Shown here: positions 27,921 to 37,076 of the stretch, piece by piece | How positions within the stretch are numbered: position 1 is the first letter of the stretch | How the letters are laid out: each line of letters opens with the position of its first letter | Assembly: GCA_038046605.1 (NCBI GenBank) | Contig: JBBSVW010000089.1 | Coordinates: forward strand, 1-47,451 | Origin: Candidatus Micrarchaeota archaeon | GTDB lineage: Archaea; Micrarchaeota; Micrarchaeia; Norongarragalinales; SBBD01 | Direction of reading: 5' to 3' | DNA: 47,451 bases | Notes under the pieces: model-generated | The model's input: only the letters and a program-made list of their open reading frames with translations | Database searches by the model: none | Told to the model about the DNA's origin: nothing | Translations under genes and position numbers: made by a program

Positions 27921-28331
27921 TCATTTCGGATAAATTTTTCTCAGAGCTTCCATAGCTTTAGATTTCGAAAGTGCCCCTTCAACATTCTGAACGAACGGAT
28001 GGTTAACATCTCTAATCGAATCCCCAACCTTTATTATTATGCGCAGCTTATCGCCGAAGGTGTGCTGTTGAATCGTATCCGCCAACCCAAATATTCGGAA
28101 ATCCCTTTGGGCTGCATTGCCAACGCCGATAATTTGCCTGCCGCCCTTTCCCTCAAACCTACTAATCTGCTGGCCATCTGCCTTTGGGCCCATTTGATGC
28201 ATTGCTTCATCGATCGCTATAGCTAGTTCGAGCTTGGCTCCTTCAACCTGATGGGCTAAAATTTCATGGGGCAGTCTTAATGCCAGGTGCTGCTCTCCTT
28301 TATGCCTGACCAACTCTAGCTCAAAAGTCAT
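27921..28331 (-). CDS. Hypothetical protein (orphan-like)
   Basis: 136-aa ORF filling the gap between conserved genes; no motif recognised. Confidence 0.6.
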   Translation of the reverse strand: MTFELELVRHKGEQHLALRLPHEILAHQVEGAKLELAIAIDEAMHQMGPKADGQQISRFEGKGGRQIIGVGNAAQRDFRIFGLADTIQQHTFGDKLRIIIKVGDSIRDVNHPFVQNVEGALSKSKAMEALRKIYPK

Positions 28332-28383
28332 ATTTTATTTTAATGAGGGCTATTATTTTAATTGCAGCACCTTAACTGATACC

Positions 28384-30396
28384 ATGCAATTCCTAGAACT
28401 TGCGCAGGTCTTTGAGATTATGGAAAAGACGGCCTCCAGGCTGCAGCTGACATCCCAGCTTGCAAAAGTCTACTTCAATTCTAATGCGGCTGACGCTAGG
28501 CATCTGACATACCTTTGCCAAGGGATACTAGTGCCGGAATCGCAGGGAATCCAGCTTGGCATTGGTGATAAGCTAGCGCAGAATGCAATTTCAAGGGTTT
28601 CGGGCAGCAGCATTAAGCAAATCGAAGAGCTTTACCGCAAGGAGGGCGATCTTGGGGCAAGCGCCCAAATCCTTCTTTCAAAAAAAGCCCAATCATCCTT
28701 ATTGCATGAGGATTTGACCACTAGGAAGGTATATGATAATTTCCTTCGGATTGCAACTGCATCGGGCGAGGGCTCGCAGGACCAGAAAATAAACCTCCTA
28801 TCCGAGCTTTTGACCAATGCCTCACCAATTGAGGCAAAGCACGTCATCCGTTTTGTCCAGGGAAGCCTTCGATTGGGCGTTGGCGAATCCACGATAATTG
28901 ATTCGCTTGCAATTTATTGGATACTGAGGGCTGCAGCTATCGGGACCCACCTGAATTTCGATGGAAAAAGCATCCCGATTTCCGGTATCTCGCCGGAATT
29001 TCGAAGCGATAGGGATGCAAAAAAAGGAGAGGCTTCGACCATTTGTTTTTTGGCAAATGGAGAATTGGAGGGGATTTTTCCACTAAAGAAGGGGGTGGAG
29101 GTAATTATCGCCTCAAAACTGGGGAATGTTGCCGGTGATTTTCTTGCAGCCTCAGTTAAAGGAGCAAAAACGGAAATAACACTCGAGATCCTGGAGGAAA
29201 AAAAGAAATACAAGGCGATCATTGAGCGCGCTTTCAACATGCGCTGCGACCTTGGGGAGGTGGCTGAAAATGTCCTTGAAGGAAAAATTGCCTTGCTGGA
29301 AAAAATTTCCCCGAGGCTTTTTTCACCAATAAGGCCGGCGCTTGCCGAGCGGCTATTGACGCCCGAGCAGATAATTGAAAAATTAGGCGATTGCTCGGTT
29401 GAAGGCAAATATGACGGTTTCCGCCTCCAAATACACAAATCAGGATCGAAGGTAATGATATTTTCCCGCAAGCAAGAGCCCATGACGCACATGTTCCCGG
29501 ATTTGGTCAAGGCAATCCAAAAGGAATTCTTAGCAAAGGATGCGATATTGGAAGGGGAAGCAATAGCATTTGATGCCAAGCAGAATAAATTCCTCCCATT
29601 CCAGGTAACCATCCAAAGGAAAAGGAAGCATGATATTTCGCAGATGGCCTTAAGCGTCCCTTTGCGCCTTTTCGCATTCGAGCTGCTCTTTGCCCAAGGA
29701 ATTGACTACACAAATGTACCCTATGAAAATAGGAGAAAAATGCTCGAATCCTTGATCGCAAAGGATGCCAAAGTTATCCAAATGGCAAGCCGCATCATCG
29801 CAAAAAAGCCTGTTGAACTCCGGAATTTCTTCGAGCTAAGCCTTAGGGAGGGGCTTGAGGGGATCATTGCCAAAGACCTGCATGCCCCCTACACTGCGGG
29901 CGCTAGGAAGTTTGCCTGGATCAAGATGAAGAAAAGCTACGGGAAGGTTGCGGACACGTTCGATGTTGTGATCATCGGTTATTACTACGGGAAGGGGAAA
30001 CGGGCGCAATTTGAGTTTGGGGGCGTGCTTACCGCAATATATGACCCCGGATCCCAAAAATACAAGAGCATCGCAAAAGTGGGGACGGGATTTTCAGAAG
30101 AGGAGATGGGGCAGTTCAAAAAGGAGCTTGAGGGGATTTCACTTAAAGAAAAGCCCGCATCCGTGGAATCGGAAATCACCCCCGATGTTTGGGTCAAGCC
30201 AAAAATAGTAATAGAAGTAAATGCGGATGAGATTTCCAGGTCCCCGACCCATTCCGCAGGAAAGGGACTTGTAGGTGATGAGGGCTTTGCGCTAAGGTTC
30301 CCAAGGCTAGTTTCCGTTAGGAAAGACAAGGGTCCTAAGGATGCGACAACGGAATCTGAGATTTTTGAACTTTTTGAACTTCAGGGGCAAAAATGA
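28384..30396 (+). CDS. lig: ATP-dependent DNA ligase with ~90-aa insertion in the N-terminal DNA-binding domain
   Basis: EGKYDGFR (adenylation Lys), LEGE, EGIIAK, WIKMK, DVVIIG, VGTGFS, LRFPR. Confidence 0.97.
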   Translation: MQFLELAQVFEIMEKTASRLQLTSQLAKVYFNSNAADARHLTYLCQGILVPESQGIQLGIGDKLAQNAISRVSGSSIKQIEELYRKEGDLGASAQILLSKKAQSSLLHEDLTTRKVYDNFLRIATASGEGSQDQKINLLSELLTNASPIEAKHVIRFVQGSLRLGVGESTIIDSLAIYWILRAAAIGTHLNFDGKSIPISGISPEFRSDRDAKKGEASTICFLANGELEGIFPLKKGVEVIIASKLGNVAGDFLAASVKGAKTEITLEILEEKKKYKAIIERAFNMRCDLGEVAENVLEGKIALLEKISPRLFSPIRPALAERLLTPEQIIEKLGDCSVEGKYDGFRLQIHKSGSKVMIFSRKQEPMTHMFPDLVKAIQKEFLAKDAILEGEAIAFDAKQNKFLPFQVTIQRKRKHDISQMALSVPLRLFAFELLFAQGIDYTNVPYENRRKMLESLIAKDAKVIQMASRIIAKKPVELRNFFELSLREGLEGIIAKDLHAPYTAGARKFAWIKMKKSYGKVADTFDVVIIGYYYGKGKRAQFEFGGVLTAIYDPGSQKYKSIAKVGTGFSEEEMGQFKKELEGISLKEKPASVESEITPDVWVKPKIVIEVNADEISRSPTHSAGKGLVGDEGFALRFPRLVSVRKDKGPKDATTESEIFELFELQGQK

Positions 30397-30409
30397 GGTC
30401 AATTGAAAT

Positions 30410-31135
30410 TCATTCTGTCATTAGTGCAAAACCCTCCGAAAAATTTCCCGCCTCGATAATTTTAATTCCAGCCGGGGCGGATGTTATTTTTTCACCCATG
30501 GGAACAATTAGCGTCGTGTAGTTTGTCCCATTCAGGGAAGTTGCCTTCTCCTCGATGAAGCCAACCCTCCCAATTGACCCATCCTCGTTGATGGCTCCCG
30601 TAATCAGGATGTTGTTTTTGAGTTTATTTCCCTCAAGGCCTGCCAGCGTCAGAACCGCAATTGCAGCTCCGGCACTCCTTCCTGTAACGATCTCCGATCC
30701 GCCTATTATCTTGAATGAAATGTCCGTGCTTGCGCCGCCTCCCTTACGGGCGTTTTTCCTTGCTAAATTAACCGCTGTAATCAGGGATTTTTGGGTTTCG
30801 GGGCTGATTAGGGGAAGGCCAGTACTTACCTCGATTGATGTTATTCCAGATCCGGGGTTGAAATCCGCTATGATTTCCGCAAGCGCCCCGTTGCCATCCT
30901 TATCTACTGCGGGAATTGCAATTGACAGAACTGTGGATTTTTTTGGGGCAGCGGGATCATTAGATGGAAATGTTTTTTCAGTTGCAGATTCGCCTTTTTC
31001 CAAATCCGAATTATCCCCTTCCTTTTGACGGGGCAGGTTTATCCCAAGCAATATGCCAATTGCCAGGATTGCAATGAATGCAAGGGGGATTGCCCCTTCT
31101 AATGGCGCCCTTTTCGCCTTAATCCTATCTCGCAT
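30410..31135 (-). CDS. Membrane-anchored Lon-C (S16 family) serine protease
   Basis: N-terminal TM; GRSAGAA (Ser), TGAINEDGSIGRVG, EEKA (Lys) dyad; no AAA domain. Confidence 0.85.
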   Translation of the reverse strand: MRDRIKAKRAPLEGAIPLAFIAILAIGILLGINLPRQKEGDNSDLEKGESATEKTFPSNDPAAPKKSTVLSIAIPAVDKDGNGALAEIIADFNPGSGITSIEVSTGLPLISPETQKSLITAVNLARKNARKGGGASTDISFKIIGGSEIVTGRSAGAAIAVLTLAGLEGNKLKNNILITGAINEDGSIGRVGFIEEKATSLNGTNYTTLIVPMGEKITSAPAGIKIIEAGNFSEGFALMTE

Positions 31136-31156
31136 TTTGACTGATCCCTCAATTAT

Positions 31157-31669
31157 TTAGTTCCCCGATTTTTTTTGGCGCACCAGCTCTTTTAGCCCAA
31201 TTCCCTGAGCCCTCATCCAAATCGCTAGCACAATTGCCGAATCCAGGAACCATAGGAATACGTGTATCGGCGTAAACCAGGCGGGCGCAATTGCAAGCGG
31301 CAGTATTGTAATGTATAGCCTCGCCAAATTGAATAAGAATAAGGGCGGCGAAAATGCCAGCAAATACTTAACCCTCCTCGAGTTGCTTATTTTTGTCGAC
31401 CACAAAAGCGCTGCCAGGAGGATTGGCATGAATAGGCCTGAGCATTCGGCGACAATTTCAATTGTGACACTTCCGATAATTATGGCATTGCCATTAAGCG
31501 CCCCACTTATTCCCCACATTTTCAAAAGCCCAAATTCGAATCCAGCAATCCATTCCAAAAGCGGCTGCATGGGGGTTATTTTCAGGAGCAAAAATAGGCA
31601 GGAGAATATGGATAGGAATTTTAGGAGGAATGAAGCTTCGGCCGCTCTTAGGGGCATTTTCCATTCCAT
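31157..31669 (-). CDS. Archaeosortase/exosortase family protein
   Basis: IVAECSG (Cys), FNLARL (Arg), PIHVF (His) triad in a multi-TM protein. Confidence 0.82.
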   Translation of the reverse strand: MEWKMPLRAAEASFLLKFLSIFSCLFLLLKITPMQPLLEWIAGFEFGLLKMWGISGALNGNAIIIGSVTIEIVAECSGLFMPILLAALLWSTKISNSRRVKYLLAFSPPLFLFNLARLYITILPLAIAPAWFTPIHVFLWFLDSAIVLAIWMRAQGIGLKELVRQKKSGN

Positions 31670-31674
31670 CGATT

Positions 31675-32193
31675 TTACCACGGGACCTTTTTCAAATTAA
31701 GCCTATGGGCAATCACATTGGCTAGTATGTGCATCACAAGTGTGATGATGATTACCGTCCCCAGATCGCCAATCGAGAGGTAAAATCCTTTTGCAATGTA
31801 TGTGAAAAGTATTGCCGTGAGGATGAATAGCAATTGGTCGGTTACAAATAGGGGTTCTCCAGGCGCAATATTCAGCCTTCGCTTGAAAAAGCTCCCAAGC
31901 AAATCGCCAAATATTGCCCCGACAACCATTAATGCGGTTATGAGGAGCTTTTGGCTTGGATCCATGATTTGCGTCAAATAGCTTTGCATGGTATATGTGA
32001 GAATTGCGCCAACCGCAAACCCGGCTATTATTCCCCCGATTGTCCCCCTAATCGTCTTGCTATTGCCAAGTATTCGCCGCTTATCCGGGAAATTTGCGCC
32101 AAAATCAAGCGGCCCCATTCCCGAGAGCAAAACCGGCGCGGAATTAGCTATGTATGCGGGCAGGATGAATAGGATCAGCTCGAAGAGTTCCAT
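31675..32193 (-). CDS. carS: CDP-archaeol synthase
   Basis: PAYIANSAPV, PLDFG, GNSKT, GDLLGSFFKRR, DQLLF, KKVPW. Confidence 0.93.
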   Translation of the reverse strand: MELFELILFILPAYIANSAPVLLSGMGPLDFGANFPDKRRILGNSKTIRGTIGGIIAGFAVGAILTYTMQSYLTQIMDPSQKLLITALMVVGAIFGDLLGSFFKRRLNIAPGEPLFVTDQLLFILTAILFTYIAKGFYLSIGDLGTVIIITLVMHILANVIAHRLNLKKVPW

Positions 32194-32468
32194 AAAACCA
32201 ACTTTTTAGCTACTAAAACGTTTACTCTTTTATAAACCCTTTGGGCAGGATGGCGGTTTATGGAAAAAATAGGGCAAACATTTATCCGACGGGTTTGTCA
32301 ATATTTTTATCAGCCCTTCTGCAAATACTTTCCATCCCAATTTGAATTTTATCCATCTGTAAAAGAAGGTGCGTTCCCAAATTCGGGCATTTACGTTACT
32401 TTCCTTGCATCTTGCGCTTCATTTGGCTATAAAGAATGATTTTAAATATGGGGCGGCATAATGAAACC

Positions 32469-34562
32469 ATGAAATATTGGCTATTTTTGGCAACTTTAGG
32501 GCTGCTGCTAAACCCGGTTTTAGCCGAATGCCCTTTTCTCCAAATTGAGCCCATAACTTCCGCCAAGGTCACGGAAGGCACGCAGGCAATATTTGCGATT
32601 GCAATTAAGAACAATGCCCCCGGCATCCAAAACGTTTACATCTCCTCAACCAATAATTACCTTGGCATTGCCGAAACTTATTTTGATTCCAGCTTTGTTG
32701 CGCTTGCACCCAATGAGGATGCCGTATTCAATTTTTTTGCATCGGCAAAAGCCGGCAGTTATGATTTTCCAATCGAGGCAAGTTCGGATTTGGGTTCTTC
32801 CGGCTGCTTTGAATCCTACGTTTTGCATCTTGATGTGGGAAACGGCGAGCCCACAGTGAGTGCCGAAACCGGCATTTCCGCCTCCATTTCACCCCCCGGG
32901 CTAAGGCAGGTATTTCCGGGGACAAAAACCACTTACGAAATCACAATAAGGAATGATCTTGGCGAGGAAATTGTAGGGAGCCTTGATGCGCCATCCAATC
33001 CATTTGGGAACGGGGTATCATTTTCCGAGTCCGATTTCAAGGTTTTGAAGGGGCAAACAAAAATAGTGAAGGCGGGCATAACTTTGCCTCCTGGAACCCC
33101 CGCAGGTGATTTTGAGGTTGTGATCCGCCTTTCAGCCACATCCTCTTGCTGCACAAAGGAATTCATTTTCCCTATAACTTTGCGCTCGATTTCCAAAACC
33201 GCGGATTTGCGCCTCATAAACCCGCCTCTCGAATGCATATTCGTCAAGCACTCCCAAAGAGGGCAATTCGAGCTTGGCGTTCGAAACGATGGAGAATTAA
33301 GGGGCCCCTTTACCCTCTCAATGGCCGGGGATGCGGATGCGCTAAGTTCCACCCGGCTTCCTCTTCGCCAATTCGAGCTTGCGCCCGGCGAGCGCGATTA
33401 TTTCAACCTGACCATTTTCCCGCCGCAAACAACGCCCCTTGGAATTTATCGCTTCATTTTGGAGGCAAAGTACCTGGGGTTCTTATTGTTCCAAAAGGAA
33501 TTTTGCTATGAGGTGGAGGGGTTAAGCAATGTTGCGGTGGAAAAGCCCGTTGATGCATCCGTTACTAGGTGTGAAACAGATTCATTCAAATTCAAGGTTA
33601 GGAACATCGGCACCCTCAAGGATGAATATGCAATCGAGGCAAAACCCCTTGTGAAGGCAAATTCGTTCATCGAGCCGGAAACCTTTTCCCTTGCGCCCGG
33701 TGAAATCCAGATTGTGAATTACATTGTCCAAACATCCTGCGCAACCCCCGTAGGAAGGCAGGTTGCGAATGTGATTATCCGGCCAAAAACCGCCTCCTCA
33801 ATTTCCGCAAGCATGCCCTTTGAGGTTTTGGCAAGGGATGGGCAGGGCATCCTTGAAATCGACGCTCCAAGCAAGATTAATGCAATAGTTGGCGCCGATA
33901 AAATCCTCATAATAAATGCGAATAATCCAGGGGAGACGGATGCGGCTGATTCCGAAATTGGGATAACCGGCATTTCCTCCTCGTGGGTGAAAATTGCAAC
34001 CGGCAAGGCAACAATCAAGGCCGGCAAAAGCGCGCCATATTATGTTACAATAAAACCCCTAAGCGTTGGAAGCTACAAATTGAAAATTACTGCAAAATCC
34101 GGATCCGAGATCACAACAAAGGAAGTAGATTTGGTTGTTGAAGAGGCAAGGCGCGGAATTGATTATTCCTATACCTTGCAGCCATTAAAGGAAGGGACGA
34201 TTACCAAATCCGCAATCATCACGCTTACAATCAGGAACACCGGAAATTCCCCCCTCACCAATATTGGCGCAAAAGCCGATGAAAGCGATTTGAATATAGT
34301 TCCCCTCGATACCATTTCGCAAATCCAGCCCGGGGCTAGCGCCACATACCGGCTTGAGGTTAAACCCCTAAAGGATGTCCTTCCGCAGGATGTTATGCTG
34401 AAAATATTCTCAAGCGAAGGCGCGGCAACTGGAAAGCCCATTTCCCTTCCCGCAATGAATATCGAAGAGCCCCAAAAGCCTGAGGAGTTCCCCTGGAGAA
34501 TTCTCATTATTGGGTTCCTTTTGATAGTTGTATTTTGGCTTCTTTCGAAGCAGACAATTTGA
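32469..34562 (+). CDS. Cell-surface protein with NEW3/Ig-like repeats and C-terminal membrane anchor
   Basis: Signal peptide; repeated units with IRNxG and L(A)PGE; C-terminal PEEFPW followed by a TM segment. Confidence 0.85.
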   Translation: MKYWLFLATLGLLLNPVLAECPFLQIEPITSAKVTEGTQAIFAIAIKNNAPGIQNVYISSTNNYLGIAETYFDSSFVALAPNEDAVFNFFASAKAGSYDFPIEASSDLGSSGCFESYVLHLDVGNGEPTVSAETGISASISPPGLRQVFPGTKTTYEITIRNDLGEEIVGSLDAPSNPFGNGVSFSESDFKVLKGQTKIVKAGITLPPGTPAGDFEVVIRLSATSSCCTKEFIFPITLRSISKTADLRLINPPLECIFVKHSQRGQFELGVRNDGELRGPFTLSMAGDADALSSTRLPLRQFELAPGERDYFNLTIFPPQTTPLGIYRFILEAKYLGFLLFQKEFCYEVEGLSNVAVEKPVDASVTRCETDSFKFKVRNIGTLKDEYAIEAKPLVKANSFIEPETFSLAPGEIQIVNYIVQTSCATPVGRQVANVIIRPKTASSISASMPFEVLARDGQGILEIDAPSKINAIVGADKILIINANNPGETDAADSEIGITGISSSWVKIATGKATIKAGKSAPYYVTIKPLSVGSYKLKITAKSGSEITTKEVDLVVEEARRGIDYSYTLQPLKEGTITKSAIITLTIRNTGNSPLTNIGAKADESDLNIVPLDTISQIQPGASATYRLEVKPLKDVLPQDVMLKIFSSEGAATGKPISLPAMNIEEPQKPEEFPWRILIIGFLLIVVFWLLSKQTI

Positions 34563-34649
34563 GATTTATCCTAAAAGCTAATTAATATATTTAGATTTAG
34601 CAAGATTATATTTTCTATCCAACCCCAATTTTCGAAGGTAATAATAATT

Positions 34650-35207
34650 ATGGTCAAACGCGCATTCCTAATCCACGGCTGGAACGGAAGGCCTGAGGGT
34701 GGATGGAGGCCATGGTTGAAAAGCAATCTCGAAAAAAGGGGTTTTGAGGTATGCTCAATTGCGATGCCAAATCCTTCCAGGCCAAAATCTAATGCATGGA
34801 TAAGGGCAATTGCTAAAGCAGTTGGCTCTCCAGACTCAAGCACTTATCTTATCGGCCATAGCCTTGGCTGCATCGCAATTTTGAGATATCTCGAATCGCT
34901 TCCACCAAAAACCAGGGTTGGAGGGGCAGTTCTGGTAGCCGGCCTTGTTCAAAACATAGGGATGTTCCTGTTCGACTCATTTTTTTCAAAACCAATCGAT
35001 TGGAAGGCAATCAATTCCCATTGCAAAAAATTCATATCAATTAATTCCGACAACGACCGGTATGTCCCTCTTGAGCACGGCTATGGGATGAAGGAAAAAT
35101 TGGGCGCAGAACTAATCATAAAAAAAGGCATGGGCCATTTTTCAGGGGATGAGGGATGCGTGGAACTGCCAATTGCGCTTGATGCTGTGTTAAAATTGGC
35201 AAAATAA
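34650..35207 (+). CDS. RBBP9/YdeN family alpha/beta hydrolase
   Basis: IHGW, GHSLG nucleophile, SDNDRYVP, GHF. Confidence 0.92.
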   Translation: MVKRAFLIHGWNGRPEGGWRPWLKSNLEKRGFEVCSIAMPNPSRPKSNAWIRAIAKAVGSPDSSTYLIGHSLGCIAILRYLESLPPKTRVGGAVLVAGLVQNIGMFLFDSFFSKPIDWKAINSHCKKFISINSDNDRYVPLEHGYGMKEKLGAELIIKKGMGHFSGDEGCVELPIALDAVLKLAK

Positions 35208-35218
35208 CAGCGTGCTCC

Positions 35219-35488
35219 CTATTTCCTATAAATATGCTTAATCCACAGTTTCTTGATAAATGGAAGGGTTAGGGTGGAGAGCATGAACGCAGCCGTGGGA
35301 ACAAGTGCATTCAGCCATGGTTCGGGTATCGAAACAGCCTGCAGATAAGCGCCAATAGCCAGATAGGTAAAGGCCATAAGAAGTGCCCGTCTTGAATGGC
35401 TTGTTTCCCATGCCTTCTCCGTCTCAACACTAGCATTCCTTTCCTTGATCTTTTTTACCTCCTTTTCCAGCATTTCGATTCTTGGCAT
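35219..35488 (-). CDS. Small conserved-looking two-TM protein
   Basis: IKERNASVETEKAWETSHSRR followed by two hydrophobic helices. Confidence 0.75.
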   Translation of the reverse strand: MPRIEMLEKEVKKIKERNASVETEKAWETSHSRRALLMAFTYLAIGAYLQAVSIPEPWLNALVPTAAFMLSTLTLPFIKKLWIKHIYRK

Positions 35489-35497
35489 TTTACGCCC

Positions 35498-36574
35498 TCA
35501 ATACTTTTTTAAAATAATTTTTTTTACCTCCCCCGTATGCGAGTCCACTTCTGCCAGGTCGCCATCATCAAGCAATTTGGTTGCATTCCTAGTTCCAATG
35601 ATGCAGGGGATTTTCAGCTCCCTTGCAACAATTGCCGCATGGCATGTAATTCCGCCCTCATCCGTGACAATTGCGCAGGCCTTTTTCATTGCAGGCAGGA
35701 AATCCGGAATTGTCATTGGAGTCACAAGCACACTTCCGGGCTTGAATTTGGGGATCTCATCAATGGCAAAAAGTTTGCTCACCTTTCCGCTGACCTTTCC
35801 ACCATCGTAGGCAACACTTCCCCTAATTGCCCCCCATGCGGTTTTTTCCTCCTCGTAGGAATAGCCGCATTCCTTGAAAATCCCCAAGTGATTTTTCGTT
35901 GGGAATAATTTGCCTTTGCAACGGACATATCCCCTTGACCTTCCGGCCAATATTTCAAAATTAATTTTTTTCCCATCCATAAGCGGAATCAATTCACTTT
36001 CTGAAAGGTATTTTGCATAATGGTTGGATTTTCCTAGCATGCGCAGCTTTTTGCCCGCCAATTCCCTTAGGAGGTAATCTATTGCCTCAAAGACGCCATC
36101 ACTGTATTTCCTACTTGCATAGGCATCTGAAATTATGCCCTTGCCGATTTTTCCACCAACTTTTTTCTTGATTCCTTCCGCCAGGACGGCCGGAATAAGG
36201 ATGGATAGGCGAAGCATTGGGAAAAGGAGCAGGTGCCTATCCTTTAGGAGCCTCGCATCAGCCCCGCTTGTTTTCTTCTTCCTCTTTATTTTTTCAAGTA
36301 TTGCCCTTGTCCGGTCTATGTCGTCCCTGAATTTCCTGCTGATTGAATAATACCACTTTGGTGCTTTTGCAAGCTTGTCCAGAAGGGCTTTTTTCATCAA
36401 CTCGAAATCTGCAGTTATGTAATAGGATGTGACGCTTTTTCCATCCGATACTATGATGTAGTCCCTGTTGCCCCTCCCTACCTCCTTTTCAAATTTTTCA
36501 CAAAGCCCGTATGCCCACCACTCGCATGCATAAAGCGAAAAATCCCGCGTAAACTGTTTTGTTAGCTGTTGCAT
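35498..36574 (-). CDS. Protein with C-terminal PEP-utilising phosphohistidine swivelling domain
   Basis: VLVTPMT.PDF..MKKA.AIVTDEGGITCHAAIVARELKIPCIIGT; no ATP-grasp domain. Confidence 0.88.
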   Translation of the reverse strand: MQQLTKQFTRDFSLYACEWWAYGLCEKFEKEVGRGNRDYIIVSDGKSVTSYYITADFELMKKALLDKLAKAPKWYYSISRKFRDDIDRTRAILEKIKRKKKTSGADARLLKDRHLLLFPMLRLSILIPAVLAEGIKKKVGGKIGKGIISDAYASRKYSDGVFEAIDYLLRELAGKKLRMLGKSNHYAKYLSESELIPLMDGKKINFEILAGRSRGYVRCKGKLFPTKNHLGIFKECGYSYEEEKTAWGAIRGSVAYDGGKVSGKVSKLFAIDEIPKFKPGSVLVTPMTIPDFLPAMKKACAIVTDEGGITCHAAIVARELKIPCIIGTRNATKLLDDGDLAEVDSHTGEVKKIILKKY

Positions 36575-36686
36575 AATGACCGTTGCAAGATAGTGAAGGA
36601 GCCGATATAAAATGCTGATCCCCAAGAATCAGAATATCAAATGGGGTATGTGTAAAATGGGCACCCTGCATTCTGGAGGCGTCAAA

Positions 36687-36704
36687 TGGGCCCATAGGGA
36701 ATTG
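36687..36704 (-). repeat. 18-bp direct repeat of the tRNA-Val 3' end (att-like)
   Basis: TGGGCCCATAGGGAATTG is identical at 36687-36704 and 36888-36905. Confidence 0.9.
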
Positions 36705-36786
36705 CAACGCCTTGCCCCCTTCTTTACCAAAGAAGGTGGCGATGGCTCCGCCGCCAAGAAACCCATTTGGTTTGCAATCTAAACTG

Positions 36787-36885
36787 TTTCTTTTTGTACC
36801 GACACTACTTTTTCTCCGCAAAGAGCGAAGCTCTTTGGGGCCGCGCAGACTTTGTCTGCACGGTTCAAAAGAAAAAGCCGTGTCG
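36787..36885. repeat. Palindromic REP-like element, copy 1, with 50-bp nested hairpin insert
   Basis: 36787-36815 is identical to 47197-47225; 36866-36885 matches 47230-47249 at 19 of 20 nt. Confidence 0.9.
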
Positions 36886-36887
36886 AG

Positions 36888-37013
36888 TGGGCCCATAGGG
36901 AATTGTTCCTCGCCATTTTCTGGTCGAGCTCTTTTTCTAAAAGAGGTCGAGGCGAATTGAACCCCACGTCTTTCGCACGTCAAGCGAACGTCTTACCGAC
37001 CGACTCTGGGCCC
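36888..37013 (-). tRNA. tRNA-Val(GAC) with 54-nt intron in the T-loop (58/59)
   Basis: Acceptor GGGCCCA/TGGGCCC, anticodon arm TTCGC-TTGACGT-GCGAA, T-stem TGGGG/CCCTA. Removing 36903-36956 at a relaxed BHB restores the TTCAATT loop; mature length 72 nt. Confidence 0.8.
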
Positions 37014-37076
37014 GAAGCAGAGAAGATTTTATTTGTTAAACATTAAAAAGCATTGGCAACCAAATAAAACGTCCCT

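Noticed and set aside
28915-29195. Intein in DNA ligase
   Set aside because: No N-terminal Cys/Ser block, TxxH block or His-Asn terminus.
36650-36960. CRISPR array or protein-coding ORFs (36498-36983, 36712-36960)
   Set aside because: Only two repeat copies with no regular spacing or cas genes. The ORFs are translations of the tRNA and repeats; the shared EKVVSVQKE peptide with 47081-47272 simply reflects the DNA repeat.
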